A stretch of 64,000 nucleotides of DNA from an uncultured cyanobacterium (GTDB taxonomy: Bacteria; Cyanobacteriota; Cyanobacteriia; Pseudanabaenales; Pseudanabaenaceae), in assembly GCA_963703315.1 (NCBI GenBank), contig OY969811.1:3328001-3392000 (forward strand), in the 5' to 3' direction. The notes below the pieces were generated by a model, which did no database searches, was not told the DNA's origin, and worked only from the letters and a program-made list of their open reading frames with translations. The first letter of the stretch is position 1. Each line of letters starts with the position of its first letter. This document shows positions 1 to 11,653 of the stretch, one piece after another. Both the position numbers and the translations under genes were made by a program.

Positions 1-664
1 CGCCCGTAGTGCCAATTTGGTTTAGTTTCGCGAATATGCGATCGCGAAAAGCATCATATTCTGGGAAATTAGGATTGCTATGGCGATCAGCCGAGCGCTC
101 GTAAAAGTCAGTTTTAATGGGACCGGGTTCAATAATTTTGACGCGAATATTAAAGGATAATAATTCATGCTGTAAGGATTCCGAAAAACCTTCCACTGCC
201 CACTTGGTCGCATGATAGAGACTATAGAGTGGGAAAGCAACTCGTCCACCAATGGAGGAAACATTAACAATCACACCACTGCGGCGATCGCGGAAATGTG
301 GCAATACTGCGCGAGTGGTTTCCATCAAGCCAAACACATTGGTATCAAATTGGCGATGAATTTGCTCAGGGGTTAAGGTTTCAAAGGCTCCGATCAGTCC
401 ATAGCCTGCATTATTCACCAAAACATCGATCGCCCCAAATTTCTCGATAGTTTCGGCAACAGCAGCAGTTATCGTAGGATGATCAGTGACATCCAGCTTC
501 AAGAGCGTGACGCGATCAAGGTTTGCTAAGCTATTGGGCTTATTTATTTCCTGATCAGGCGATCGCATGGTTGCAGCCACATTCCAACCTTTTTGCTGGA
601 AATATAAAGCCGTTGCGCGACCAATCCCAGATGATGCCCCAGTGATAAATACAGTTTTAGTCAT
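1..664 (-). CDS. SDR-family oxidoreductase (C-terminus runs off the left edge)
   Basis: Own translation from ATG at 664: MTKTVFITGASSGIGRATALYFQQKGWNVAATMRSP...IDVLVNNAGYG (TGxxxGxG and NNAG motifs); missing from the ORF track because it has no stop inside the window. Confidence 0.9.
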   Translation of the reverse strand, partial: MTKTVFITGASSGIGRATALYFQQKGWNVAATMRSPDQEINKPNSLANLDRVTLLKLDVTDHPTITAAVAETIEKFGAIDVLVNNAGYGLIGAFETLTPEQIHRQFDTNVFGLMETTRAVLPHFRDRRSGVIVNVSSIGGRVAFPLYSLYHATKWAVEGFSESLQHELLSFNIRVKIIEPGPIKTDFYERSADRHSNPNFPEYDAFRDRIFAKLNQIGTTG

Positions 665-710
665 GTTTGCTCCTAATATTTAAAATTTCGCTTTGCAAAA
701 TTCTAAATTG

Positions 711-1367
711 CTATACGTTGGCGAATAATTCAGCAATCGGGCGATCGGCAATGTCGGCGTTAACCACAATTTCCACGAGTTTATTTTTGGCAGCCTCTGT
801 AAATAAAGCCTCTACCGTCACTTGTGCCACCTTAGTACGTGGAAGACTACCTTCAAAGAGAGTGTCAGCACCTGATAATACTAAACCACCTTCTTTTTCG
901 CGATTGAGCAATCCTCCGGGACGGACAATCGTGTAGGTTAAGCCACTATCTTGCAAATAGCGCTCGGCTTGTTTTTTCCAGAATAGTACTAGCCAAAACA
1001 GGTTCAAGGGATGGAAAAATTTAGAAACACAGAGGGAAGAGACGATCGCAAAATGCTTGATATTTTTTGCCTTAGCCGCATTTACTAAATTTTTTGTGCC
1101 AAGGTAATCGACTAGATATGGGTCGAGAGCATTGAGGCTGGGTTTTGCACCTGTGGCGCATACCAGCACATCACAATCGGCGATCGCCGCCTCTAAAGTA
1201 TTTGCAAAAAGGACATTTCCCTGTACTAGTTCCACTTCGGGGGGCAAAATCTGTTTCGCCATTTCTAAGTTACGGACTAAAGCTTTGACAGGAATATTAC
1301 GTTTAACCAATTCGCTAACAATATGTCGTCCTGTTTGCCCTGTGGCTCCTGCTACAAATGCTTTCAT
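711..1367 (-). CDS. NAD(P)-binding atypical SDR / NmrA-like protein
   Basis: GATGQTG Rossmann motif, YTIVRPGGL. Confidence 0.85.
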   Translation of the reverse strand: MKAFVAGATGQTGRHIVSELVKRNIPVKALVRNLEMAKQILPPEVELVQGNVLFANTLEAAIADCDVLVCATGAKPSLNALDPYLVDYLGTKNLVNAAKAKNIKHFAIVSSLCVSKFFHPLNLFWLVLFWKKQAERYLQDSGLTYTIVRPGGLLNREKEGGLVLSGADTLFEGSLPRTKVAQVTVEALFTEAAKNKLVEIVVNADIADRPIAELFANV

Positions 1368-1518
1368 CTCTCACTTCTATGCAACTATTTACTTTAGTAT
1401 AAGCGGCGTACAGTCATGTCTACGCTAATTTGGCACGATCATTTCCGTGTTAACGACTCTGATATAATCCAAAAATAAAAATACGTGTTTTTACGACAAA
1501 TTCATTAAGAAAAGTTAA

Positions 1519-2520
<1,002 letters not shown>

Positions 2521-2537
2521 TCGTCTCCTTATCAACC

Positions 2538-3260
2538 ATGAATGCAAAAGAACTTCTCGAAAGTTACGCTTTGGGCGATCGCGACTTTAGTAAGCGATCG
2601 CTCATTGGATTGATTTTGACTGGGGCAAATTTGTCTGGCGCGAATTTTATCGAATCAGACCTTGAAGAGATTACGCTCGATATTGCCAATTTAGAAGATG
2701 TAGAGCTAAATCTAGCGAATTTAGTAAGAGCCAATTTGAGTGGTTCGATTTTAATCCAAGCCAATCTCAATGGCACAATTCTTGAACAGGCTTCATTAAT
2801 TGGGGCAAATCTTTCAGAAGCATTTTTGATCGAAGCTGATCTTAGCGATGCGGTGTTAGTCGAAGCGAATTTTTCCCATGCATTTTTGACTAGTGCTAAT
2901 TTAACGCGATCGCGTTTATGTCGCGCTAACCTTGCCAATGCATTTTTAACAGGAGCTTGCCTTAATGGGGCAGACCTGCGTGGGGCAAATTTGGTAGAAG
3001 CCGATCTCACGAGAGCCAATTTAACAGGCGCTAATTTGGCAGGAGCCGATCTGAGCCGCGCTAATTTGACAAATGCTAAGCTAAATTGGGCAAATCTCGC
3101 CAATGCCAAGTTAATAGGAGCAGATTTGACAGGAACTTATCTGTCTACCCTAAAAAGCATTGAGGGGACAATCTTTACTGATGCGCGTAATGCTCCGAAC
3201 TCCGTTGAAATTGTAAATGTGGAGCTTGCTAAGATAGAAGAGTCCCATACAGAAGAATAA
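2538..3260 (+). CDS. Pentapeptide repeat protein
   Basis: Tandem A(N/D)LxX repeats; MNAKELLESYALGDRDF start typical of cyanobacterial members. Confidence 0.95.
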   Translation: MNAKELLESYALGDRDFSKRSLIGLILTGANLSGANFIESDLEEITLDIANLEDVELNLANLVRANLSGSILIQANLNGTILEQASLIGANLSEAFLIEADLSDAVLVEANFSHAFLTSANLTRSRLCRANLANAFLTGACLNGADLRGANLVEADLTRANLTGANLAGADLSRANLTNAKLNWANLANAKLIGADLTGTYLSTLKSIEGTIFTDARNAPNSVEIVNVELAKIEESHTEE

Positions 3261-3275
3261 AATTTTTAATTTTTT

Positions 3276-3377
3276 AAGTAGCTAGGCATAAGTAAACTTA
3301 AAACCTAGAAGCTTGTGCCGCCCGCGTAGCGGGCGGCACAAGCTCTGATTTTGGGTTTTAACTATACTGAGCTACTT
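3276..3377. repeat. 102-bp palindromic MITE/REP-like element (AAGTAGCT-ended type)
   Basis: Ends AAGTAGCT/AGCTACTT; inner perfect hairpin AGCTTGTGCCGCCCGC-GTA-GCGGGCGGCACAAGCT. Confidence 0.8.
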
Positions 3378-3414
3378 AAAAAATTAAAAATTTATCAACG
3401 TAAATTAAAAGCTT

Positions 3415-4524
3415 ATGCGCTTGTTTCGCTCAGTAAATCGATCGCTAAATCGACTCACACACCTCGCTTTAGTCATGGTAGTCGCAGGGGCGATCGCCAT
3501 CCCAACCACAGAAAATGCTTACGCTCAAGCCAAAAAAGATGCTACCGAATGGATCAGACAGGGGCGACAGCTTTGGCAAAGAAATGATATTTCAGGGGCG
3601 ATCGCTGCCTATCAACAGGCATCCAATCTCGAACCCAAAAACTCCAAGATTTTAACTAGTCTTGGCTTTTTACTAACGCAACAAAGTAATTACTCTGGGG
3701 CGATCGCCGCTTTGGATAGAGCGACTCGACTGGATGCCAATAATGCTAAAGCCTTCACCGCATTGGGTTTTGTCTATGTCAAAATTAAGGACTATCCCAG
3801 CGCGATCAATGCCTATCGTCGGGCGATCGCTCTAGATCGCCAAAATCTTGACGCCTATAACAGTGTCGGTTTTTTGTTAACTGAACAAAAAAACTATACG
3901 GAAGCAGTAAAGATTTATCGTCAAGCGATCGCGGCTGCGCCTAAGGAAGTTAAGAGCTATCTCAACTTGGGCTATGTCTTAAAGCTATCAGGTGATCGCA
4001 AGGGAGCCGTTGCTATTTACAATCAAGCAGACAAAATTGCTCCCTTTGATGCTGATGTATTGGTAGCGCTCGGTGGCTTGTTTGCTGAGCAAAATCAAAA
4101 TGAGGAGGCGATCGCTAAATATAAACGCGCCTTAGAAGTCAATCCTCGTCATCCTCAAGCAAATCTGGCGATCGCTAAAGTATTTCAGAGTCAAGGCAAT
4201 TATGCCGAGGCGATCGCTGCCCTCCGTCATGCTGCCTCAGCACGAAATATCTCCACTAATAATGTAGTGGAACTGCAACGGGCGATCGCGGATCTCTATA
4301 TTCAGCAAGGTTCACTATCAGGGGCGATCGTTGCCTATCGCCAAATTATCGAAGTTGAGCCTGAAGAAGCTACAACTTATTTATCTCTGGGCAAGCTGCT
4401 AGCCAGTCAACAAAGGTTCGATGAAGCTCGCAAAATGTTAGGAACGGCGGAGCGTTTGTTTAATCAACAAGGCAATATCGATGGTCTAACCCAAACTCGG
4501 AAAGCGATCGCCGAAATCAAATAA
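3415..4524 (+). CDS. Exported tetratricopeptide repeat protein
   Basis: Hydrophobic signal-like N-terminus, multiple TPR units (AIAAYQQA..LEP..). Confidence 0.9.
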   Translation: MRLFRSVNRSLNRLTHLALVMVVAGAIAIPTTENAYAQAKKDATEWIRQGRQLWQRNDISGAIAAYQQASNLEPKNSKILTSLGFLLTQQSNYSGAIAALDRATRLDANNAKAFTALGFVYVKIKDYPSAINAYRRAIALDRQNLDAYNSVGFLLTEQKNYTEAVKIYRQAIAAAPKEVKSYLNLGYVLKLSGDRKGAVAIYNQADKIAPFDADVLVALGGLFAEQNQNEEAIAKYKRALEVNPRHPQANLAIAKVFQSQGNYAEAIAALRHAASARNISTNNVVELQRAIADLYIQQGSLSGAIVAYRQIIEVEPEEATTYLSLGKLLASQQRFDEARKMLGTAERLFNQQGNIDGLTQTRKAIAEIK

Positions 4525-4550
4525 GATAGAACTTACGCAAAAAAGGACAA

Positions 4551-4584
4551 AACGTAGTGGCAATTCATGAATTGCCACTACGTT
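4551..4584. repeat. REP-like palindrome AACGTAGTGGCAATTCATGAATTGCCACTACGTT
   Basis: Perfect palindrome with GTAG/CTAC near its ends, just after the TPR gene stop; preceded by AGAACTTACGCA, a variant of the end motif at 60665. Confidence 0.7.
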
Positions 4585-4734
4585 GAAATACAGGTTTCAA
4601 ATCAGGCACTGGTCATTACCACCAAGACGGAAAAGCGATCGTTAGCAAAGTTAAGTTAGTCACTAAGGGTTAGTGTCTAGATGCCGTTTATGTCTTATTT
4701 TTACTTAAATAGCTAGGCTAAAAGCTATAAATTA

Positions 4735-4807
4735 AGCTGGGGACGAGACTCGAACTCGTGACCTACTGATTACAAATCAGTTGCTCTACCAACTGAGCTA
4801 CACCAGC
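4735..4807 (-). tRNA. trnT: tRNA-Thr(UGU)
   Basis: Reverse complement GCTGGTGTAGCTCAGTTGGTAGAGCAACTGATTTGTAATCAGTAGGTCACGAGTTCGAGTCTCGTCCCCAGCT; cloverleaf, anticodon loop TT-TGT-AA, TTCGA T-loop; CCA not encoded. Confidence 0.95.
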
Positions 4808-4915
4808 AAATTTGATGCTTTGATAGCATAACAGAATAGCGATCGCTTTGACAAGATTGATCTCAAATATCTCCAAAATGTAGATATAGCAAAGCAAAAG
4901 TTGGTGGCTCAATAG

Positions 4916-5035
4916 GTGAATCGGGGAGGTGAAGTAGTAATTCGTATGTTAGAAAATGTGCAACAGCGCACTATTGAACCCTTGATTAAAGCAACGATTG
5001 CCTCTAGCACTATGGTTTACACCGATGAATTGTAA
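4916..5035 (+). pseudogene. IS1595-family (ISXO2-like) transposase fragment
   Basis: Translates to VNRGGEVVIRMLENVQQRTIEPLIKATIASSTMVYTDEL*, resembling the segment ending in the VYTDE catalytic-Asp motif; flanked by 21-nt direct repeats. Confidence 0.7.
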
Positions 5036-5037
5036 TT

Positions 5038-5152
5038 TATAGCAAAGCAAGAGTTGGTTAGTACAAACTAAAACCCAAGAAGCGAGTTGCGGCGCGGCGC
5101 GCCGCAACTCGCATTCTGGTTTTATGTCCTAAGCAAAACTTTTTTTGCTATA
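5038..5152. repeat. Palindromic MITE/REP-like element (TATAGC-ended type)
   Basis: TATAGCAAA...TTTGCTATA ends, inner GCGAGTTGCGGCGC-GGC-GCGCCGCAACTCGC; same type at 14026-14108, 34648-34750, 42711-42820, 55659-55750. Confidence 0.8.
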
Positions 5153-5202
5153 TAATTCTCTACAAGATTGGGGCTATGCTCACAAAACTGTTTGTCATGT
5201 AG

Positions 5203-6984
5203 TTAAAATCCTGTAAAGTTGAGATTGAAGTAAAGACCATTTTCTTGCCATGTATTACGGCTATTTTGTACAGAAATTAAGGGAATGCCATAATCAAGTC
5301 GAGCATCTAAAGTATTCCCTAATCGCCAGCGTAAGCCCAAACCAGTACCGAATAATGTATTTTGACTAGAGTTAGCTCCACCTGAACTTGTCCATACGGC
5401 AGCAGCATCAATGAAGGGAACAAATTGCAATAAACCGTCCCATTCGGGAATACGCAATATGGGTATTCTTAACTCTGCCGATAGATTCAAGCCGTTGTCT
5501 CCTAGCAATACGTCCTGACGATAACCACGTAAGGTATCTTGTCCTCCAAATCCAATTTGCTCTGAAGGGAGAAGTGCGCGATCGCCTAGTTGCAGATCCC
5601 CACGCAGCAATAAAAAGGTGTCGGGTGCAAGCAAACTCACATACTGCGATTGTCCACGCCATGAAATAAAACGACTATCGGGAAAGCTAGTATTTAACGT
5701 TGAACCAAGTACACCACCTAGTCCAAAATTAAATTGCGATCGCAAAGAGAGGACTGACTGACTAGATCGCTGCGTAAATTCTTGAAAAGCACGTAAGACG
5801 GAGATCTTGGTTACACCATTATCATCGGCTCCTGCGGATAGGGGAAAAGGAAGTTTCAGTAAACTCGTTAGGCTTTCACGATAGGAAGTTGTAAAACCGA
5901 TTGCTAGTTCTTGACTAGGTGTTTGCTCAATCGGTTGACGATAGGTAATGTCATAGGCTGTGGAGTTTGCATAGATATCCAACACATTAAAAGGCTTTTC
6001 TAAAACATTACTATTGCCATTATTGTAGGCAAGGGTAATTGTGCCATTGTAGGGATTGATAGGCAATGTATAACTGATGTCGTAGGAATTACTACCATCA
6101 GTATTGCTATATGCCAAATTGAGAGAGTCACCAAATCCTGTTAAATTCCCTTCACTAAGTTGCACTTTACGGCGCAATGAACCCACACTAGGCGCACGGT
6201 TATTATCTAAAGATAGCTGCAACTTCAGAGATTGCGCTTCTTTAATTCGTAACTCTAGAATGTTCTGCCCAGGACGAGAACCTGCGGATAGTTCCGCCGA
6301 TAAGCTCGCAATTAAGGGATTGATTTGTAAAACTTGTAGTGCTTGAATCAAGCGATCGCGATTAAGTGGAGCGCCTGTCGCAATATTCATGCGCGATCGC
6401 ACATAGTCAGGATTTAGATTTTCCGCTCCGATAACTTTGATTGCTTCTAAGCCGCCTTCGACCACTTGAATCTGGACTACTCCACCCTGCAAATTTTGAG
6501 TAGGAATAAAGGCTCCAGAAGTAATATATCCTCGACTTACATACAATTCTGTGACCTGCGATCGCGCTTGCAGCAGTTCCGAAAACGTGATGGGTCGATT
6601 AGTAAAAGGTTTGAGAAGCTGATCTAATTCTTCGACTGTAAATACTGTATTGCCAAGAACTTCAAATTTATTGACAGTAATCTTGCCAGCGATTGGGACA
6701 TCTTTTTGAGGTGTAACGGGTTGTCGCGAAGGGGTTAATAACTCATCAGGAGAAGGAAGTGGTGCTGGGGGCTGCACTGGTATTTGGATTGTGGGCGTTC
6801 GGATTGATGGCGTAATGATTTCTGGTGTTACAGACCCCGCCCTGTTTGATTGGGCGATCGCTGGCGACAGTCCCCAAATAATATAACTAGTTAAGTCAAG
6901 AACTATTACATAAGCAATTGAAACTGATATTTTTATTACATTAGCCTGACTTTTTCTCCATTTTTGATGTCCTGACATAAACAT
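5203..6984 (-). CDS. ShlB/FhaC/HecB family two-partner secretion outer-membrane transporter (TpsB/Omp85)
   Basis: Pro-rich N-terminal linker, POTRA (LYVSRGYITSGA), beta-barrel with GGQDTLRGY motif, C-terminal F. Confidence 0.9.
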   Translation of the reverse strand: MFMSGHQKWRKSQANVIKISVSIAYVIVLDLTSYIIWGLSPAIAQSNRAGSVTPEIITPSIRTPTIQIPVQPPAPLPSPDELLTPSRQPVTPQKDVPIAGKITVNKFEVLGNTVFTVEELDQLLKPFTNRPITFSELLQARSQVTELYVSRGYITSGAFIPTQNLQGGVVQIQVVEGGLEAIKVIGAENLNPDYVRSRMNIATGAPLNRDRLIQALQVLQINPLIASLSAELSAGSRPGQNILELRIKEAQSLKLQLSLDNNRAPSVGSLRRKVQLSEGNLTGFGDSLNLAYSNTDGSNSYDISYTLPINPYNGTITLAYNNGNSNVLEKPFNVLDIYANSTAYDITYRQPIEQTPSQELAIGFTTSYRESLTSLLKLPFPLSAGADDNGVTKISVLRAFQEFTQRSSQSVLSLRSQFNFGLGGVLGSTLNTSFPDSRFISWRGQSQYVSLLAPDTFLLLRGDLQLGDRALLPSEQIGFGGQDTLRGYRQDVLLGDNGLNLSAELRIPILRIPEWDGLLQFVPFIDAAAVWTSSGGANSSQNTLFGTGLGLRWRLGNTLDARLDYGIPLISVQNSRNTWQENGLYFNLNFTGF

Positions 6985-7144
6985 AAGACCATTCCTAACT
7001 GCAATGAAATTTGCTAGTCAGCAATTTACTCGGCTTTGATAAATTGTGCAACATAAAACCCCAAATAAGTAGAGGCGGCGCGAAGCGCCGCCTCTACTTA
7101 TTTGGGTTGCGCGAAGCGCCGCGCACCACTAAATTATTCAGTAG

Positions 7145-9955
7145 TTATACAAACTCAGCTTCAATCGTTTCAGGTTGGGGTTGGGGACGTGGATCGAACT
7201 CGAATAGAGAGTAGACAACATCACGACGAATTTGCGTCATCATGTCTAGGAAGATTTCGTAACCTTCGCTCTTATATTCAATCAATGGATCTTTTTGTCC
7301 ATAGCCGCGCAAACCAACAGACTCACGCAAAGCTTCCATTGCTTGTAAATGATCGCGCCAGAGAGCGTCAATACGCTGCAAGATAAAGAAACGTTCGGCT
7401 TGGCGCATTAAACCGACTTGCAAAGATTCTACTTGTGCTTCCTTGATCTCATAGGCACGGCGCACTTCTTCTCTCAAAAATGCTTGCATTTCAGGTAAGA
7501 ACATATCATCAAGTTGAGATGGTTCAAGGTCTTGCAAAAGATTGACAAACTCTTTGATCTTCTTAACCATCGCTACGAGGTTCCATTCTTCGGGTGGAAG
7601 CTCTGGATTGACATAGGCGTTGACGATATCATCCATTGTGCGTTCAGCATACTCAATTACGCGATCGCGGAGGTCTTCACCTTCAAGGACACGGCGGCGC
7701 TCAGCATAGATAGCTCGGCGCTGATTGTTCATCACTTCATCGTACTCAAAGACCTGTTTACGAATGTCGTAATAATAGGTTTCCACCTTTTTCTGGGCAT
7801 TTTCGAGAGCGCTGGTGAGCATTCCTGAACTAATCGGCATATCTTCTTCCACACGGAAGGCATTCATCAAACCTGCTACGCGATCGCCTGCAAAGATTCG
7901 CATCAAGTTATCCTCAAGACTGAGGAAGAAGCGAGTAGAACCGGGGTCACCTTGACGACCGCAACGACCGCGCAACTGGTTGTCCACACGACGAGATTCA
8001 TGCCGCTCTGTACCGATGACGTGTAAGCCACCAAGTTTAGTTACTTCCTGATGTTCAGCACCTGTAACTTCTTCATATTCACGCTTAATTAGGGTGAAAG
8101 CATTCCGTAGTTTTTGGATGACGGCATCATCAGTAGGCGCTTTTTCTGAGGCAACAGCCAGCATTTCCTCAGCTTCGAGTTCCGATTGACTCATTCTGCC
8201 CAACTTCTCCACCGCAAAATCTACGGCTTCTTTGAGCATAGCTTGAGCATCTTTGGAGAGTTCGCAAGGATAGAGGCTGTCGGATACTTTCCAAGTCTTT
8301 TTCTTTTTCTCTTCGGAGCTAGTGCCAAATCCCTGTCCCTTTTGGGGGCGATCGCTAAATATACGCTGACCTTCATTAGTAAAGTCATCTTCATCTTCAG
8401 GGCGTACAATTTGAGGCATGAAGTTTTCACGTACTTTCAGACGTGCCATATAGTCAGCATTACCGCCGAGGATAATGTCTGTACCACGACCCGCCATGTT
8501 TGTGGCGATCGTGATTGAGCCTTTGCGACCTGCTTGGGCAACGATCTCCGCTTCACGCTCTACGTTCTCTGGCTTCGCATTTAAGAGATTGTGAGGAATA
8601 TCTTTTTCACTCAACAAACGGGCGAGTACTTCAGACTTTTCCACACTGGTGGTTCCGATCAGAACGGGGCGACCTGTTTCATGCATTTCACGGCATTCTT
8701 CGGCAACGGCTCGCCATTTAGCAGCTTCAGTTTTATAGACTACATCTGACCAGTCACCGCGACCACTCTTGCGATTGGTGGGCATGGTCGTAACTTCGAG
8801 ATTATAGATTTTGCCAAGTTCCGCTTCTTCAGTTTTTGCCGTACCCGTCATTCCGCCCAGTTTGGGATAGAGCAGAAAGAAGTTTTGATAGGTAATCGTG
8901 GCAAGGGTTTGGGTCTCATTTTCAATTTGCACGCCTTCTTTTGCTTCGATCGCTTGGTGCAATCCATCACTCCAACGGCGACCAGGCATGACGCGACCTG
9001 TAAATTCATCGACGATCGTTACTTCACCATCACGGACGATGTAATTTACATCTTTCAAGAATAATTCTTTAGCTTTGAGCGCATTAAACACATAGTGCGC
9101 CCAAGGATCAGCTTGGTCAAACAAATCGGTGACACCGAGCAGTTTTTCGGCAAGTTCAAAACCTTCATCGGTCATGACCACGTTGCGCTGCTTCTCGTCA
9201 ACTTCGTAGTGGGTTTCCTTTTGCAATTGATCAGCGATCGTCACTGCGCCTAAATATTTCTCCGTAGGACGCTCGACCATGCCTGAGATAATTAAAGGAG
9301 TCCGTGCTTCATCGATCAAAATCGAGTCAACTTCATCAATCACACAAAAATTAAAGGGACGCTGCACCACTTCTTCGATGCTAGTCGCCATGTTATCTCG
9401 GAGATAGTCAAAACCTAATTCGCTGTTAGTCGCGTAGGTAATATCACAGCCATAGTTTTTACGGCGCTCGATTGGCTCCATTGAGTTTTGGATCAATCCC
9501 ACCGACATTCCTAAAAAGCGATGAACTTGCCCCATCCACTCTGCATCACGGCGAGCGAGGTAGTCGTTAACTGTAACTACGTGGACACCTTTACCTGAGA
9601 GGGCATTGAGGTAGCTGGGTAATGTGGCGACGAGGGTTTTACCTTCCCCTGTTTTCATTTCGGCAATTTCACCACGATGCAAGACCATGCCGCCGAGCAT
9701 CTGCACATCATAATGACGTAAACCTAAAACACGGGTAGCTGCCTCACGAACTACGGCAAAAGCTTCAGGCAATAGATCGTCAAGGGGTTCACCTTTTTCG
9801 AGGCGCTGTTTAAACTCTCCTGTTTTTCCTTGCAATTGGCGATCGCTAAGCGCCGCTAACTCTGGGGCTAGGGAATTGATGAGTGCCACATCGGGACGGA
9901 GTTTATCGAGCTTGCGCTTATTAGGATCGCCAATCAGGTTTTTTAGGTTAAACAT
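7145..9955 (-). CDS. secA: Preprotein translocase ATPase SecA
   Basis: [50 protein letters not shown]. Confidence 0.99.
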   Translation of the reverse strand: MFNLKNLIGDPNKRKLDKLRPDVALINSLAPELAALSDRQLQGKTGEFKQRLEKGEPLDDLLPEAFAVVREAATRVLGLRHYDVQMLGGMVLHRGEIAEMKTGEGKTLVATLPSYLNALSGKGVHVVTVNDYLARRDAEWMGQVHRFLGMSVGLIQNSMEPIERRKNYGCDITYATNSELGFDYLRDNMATSIEEVVQRPFNFCVIDEVDSILIDEARTPLIISGMVERPTEKYLGAVTIADQLQKETHYEVDEKQRNVVMTDEGFELAEKLLGVTDLFDQADPWAHYVFNALKAKELFLKDVNYIVRDGEVTIVDEFTGRVMPGRRWSDGLHQAIEAKEGVQIENETQTLATITYQNFFLLYPKLGGMTGTAKTEEAELGKIYNLEVTTMPTNRKSGRGDWSDVVYKTEAAKWRAVAEECREMHETGRPVLIGTTSVEKSEVLARLLSEKDIPHNLLNAKPENVEREAEIVAQAGRKGSITIATNMAGRGTDIILGGNADYMARLKVRENFMPQIVRPEDEDDFTNEGQRIFSDRPQKGQGFGTSSEEKKKKTWKVSDSLYPCELSKDAQAMLKEAVDFAVEKLGRMSQSELEAEEMLAVASEKAPTDDAVIQKLRNAFTLIKREYEEVTGAEHQEVTKLGGLHVIGTERHESRRVDNQLRGRCGRQGDPGSTRFFLSLEDNLMRIFAGDRVAGLMNAFRVEEDMPISSGMLTSALENAQKKVETYYYDIRKQVFEYDEVMNNQRRAIYAERRRVLEGEDLRDRVIEYAERTMDDIVNAYVNPELPPEEWNLVAMVKKIKEFVNLLQDLEPSQLDDMFLPEMQAFLREEVRRAYEIKEAQVESLQVGLMRQAERFFILQRIDALWRDHLQAMEALRESVGLRGYGQKDPLIEYKSEGYEIFLDMMTQIRRDVVYSLFEFDPRPQPQPETIEAEFV

Positions 9956-10198
9956 AGCTACCGAATGCAGTTAAAACAGGGATTGCGCCAAACGTGATAT
10001 TGAATACGATTTTGGACATACTATATATTAACCGACTGTTGAGACTACAAGCTTCGGTTATCCGAAGCGATCGCGAAAGCATTTACTTAATGCGTGCATA
10101 ATAGAAATAAAGAACTAATTTTTGGTGGCACAGCTTTGCCGCGCCACCAAAAATTAGTAGTTGTCTTTAGTTAGACAGAGCAAGTAATTGAGTTAGCA

Positions 10199-11194
10199 AT
10201 GCATTTTATTGATCGAGTTACGATACACGTTAAGTCTGGCAATGGTGGCGATGGGCTAGTCGCATTTCGCCGTGAAAAATATGTCCCTGCGGGTGGACCT
10301 GCGGGTGGCAATGGCGGCAATGGCGGATCGGTCATTTTGCAAGCAACAACTGACCTCCAAACCCTACTAGATTTTCGCTTCGAGAATATTTTTAAAGCTG
10401 AAGATGGTGAGCGTGGCGGACCTAGCAACATGACAGGCAAAAAAGGCAGCGATCGCGTGATCAAAGTTCCTGTTGGTACGGTTGTCATGAATGAAGAGAC
10501 GGGCGAAGTTTTGGGTGATCTTACAGAAGTTGACCAAACTTTGTTTGTAGCAAAGGGCGGCAAGGGCGGCTTGGGTAATAAATATTTCTTAAGTAACCAA
10601 AATCGCGCCCCTGACTACGCTTTACCTGGATTACCAGGGGAAGAACTAAATCTTTATTTAGAACTAAAACTAATTGCGGAAGTGGGGATCATTGGCTTAC
10701 CTAATGCTGGTAAATCAACATTGATCTCGGTAGTATCGGCAGCCCGTCCCAAAATTGCTGACTATCCTTTCACCACGCTTGTACCAAATTTAGGTGTAGT
10801 CTCGAAACCATCAGGCGATGGCATCGTATTTGCCGATATTCCGGGATTAATTGAGGGAGCATCCGATGGCATTGGACTAGGACATGACTTTTTGCGTCAC
10901 GTTGAACGCACTAAGTTATTAATTCATCTAATTGATGTGACTCAAGATGATCCCCTTGCGGCATACCATACAATCCAAGAAGAATTAGTTGCCTATGGTC
11001 ATGGCTTAGCCGACAAGCCGCAAATTCTAGCTTTAAATAAGATTGATGCGATGTTACCTGAAGATGTCGAAGAAATTGCGTCACAGTTTGATCTACCAAT
11101 TCTGGCAATTTCTGCGGCTTCCAAAAAAGGACTAGATAAGCTTTTGCAATCAGTCTGGAAATTATTAGAGCAGTTTGATCACGACAATCCATAA
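10199..11194 (+). CDS. obgE: GTPase ObgE/CgtA
   Basis: Gly-rich Obg fold, GLPNAGKST, DYPFTT, DIPG, NKID. Confidence 0.98.
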   Translation: MHFIDRVTIHVKSGNGGDGLVAFRREKYVPAGGPAGGNGGNGGSVILQATTDLQTLLDFRFENIFKAEDGERGGPSNMTGKKGSDRVIKVPVGTVVMNEETGEVLGDLTEVDQTLFVAKGGKGGLGNKYFLSNQNRAPDYALPGLPGEELNLYLELKLIAEVGIIGLPNAGKSTLISVVSAARPKIADYPFTTLVPNLGVVSKPSGDGIVFADIPGLIEGASDGIGLGHDFLRHVERTKLLIHLIDVTQDDPLAAYHTIQEELVAYGHGLADKPQILALNKIDAMLPEDVEEIASQFDLPILAISAASKKGLDKLLQSVWKLLEQFDHDNP

Positions 11195-11225
11195 GAAAAG
11201 CGGTGCTTTGCACCGCTTTTCTTAT
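11191..11225. terminator. Bidirectional hairpin between convergent obgE and the DUF4359-like gene
   Basis: ATAAGAAAAGCGGTGC-TTT-GCACCGCTTTTCTTAT, with A/T tracts on both sides. Confidence 0.7.
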
Positions 11226-11557
11226 CTGAGCATATAGAAATTACCAAAGGCAGCGATCGTGGTGATTTTTTTATTGGGCATATCAGTTTCGTAAAGGCTG
11301 AATACTACAAAATTTTGCTGCTTAGTCGAGTTTTCAACTAATCCCTTAATTACACCTTTACCTTGAGAGATCAAAAATTTACATGATTGCTGAGCAGCGA
11401 TCGGGACATTATCTCCCGCACAAATTGAGGTTTTACCTGCTTCAGAAAACTGCTCGGTGGCGTACTCAATGTAACGTTCTTTACTAGGATTGCTGACAGC
11501 CATTACACCAACAACCACAGCAGCACCAATTAGAATTACTTGTAATTTCATAATCAA
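11222..11557 (-). CDS. DUF4359-like cyanobacterial protein
   Basis: Hydrophobic N-terminus then SNP..Y..YA, two Cys, NFVVFSLYET, AFGNF. Confidence 0.7.
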   Translation of the reverse strand: MIMKLQVILIGAAVVVGVMAVSNPSKERYIEYATEQFSEAGKTSICAGDNVPIAAQQSCKFLISQGKGVIKGLVENSTKQQNFVVFSLYETDMPNKKITTIAAFGNFYMLR

Positions 11558-11653
11558 TCAGACAAGGGGCTTAAGCCCCTTGTTCCTTAAATTTCTAGAT
11601 TGCTTAACTTTACCGATAATTGCTACAAAAAGTTAGGGTGTGCAAAGCATATC

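Noticed and set aside
2564..3109. 181-aa antisense ORF over the pentapeptide gene, and similar shadow ORFs over secA, ycf46, the autotransporter and the DUF11 operon
   Set aside because: Antisense or alternate-frame by-products of repetitive or biased codon usage in well-supported genes
8150..8420. Insertion in SecA considered as an intein
   Set aside because: No Cys/Ser start, His-Asn end or homing-endonuclease motifs; fits the usual cyanobacterial/plastid SecA insertion
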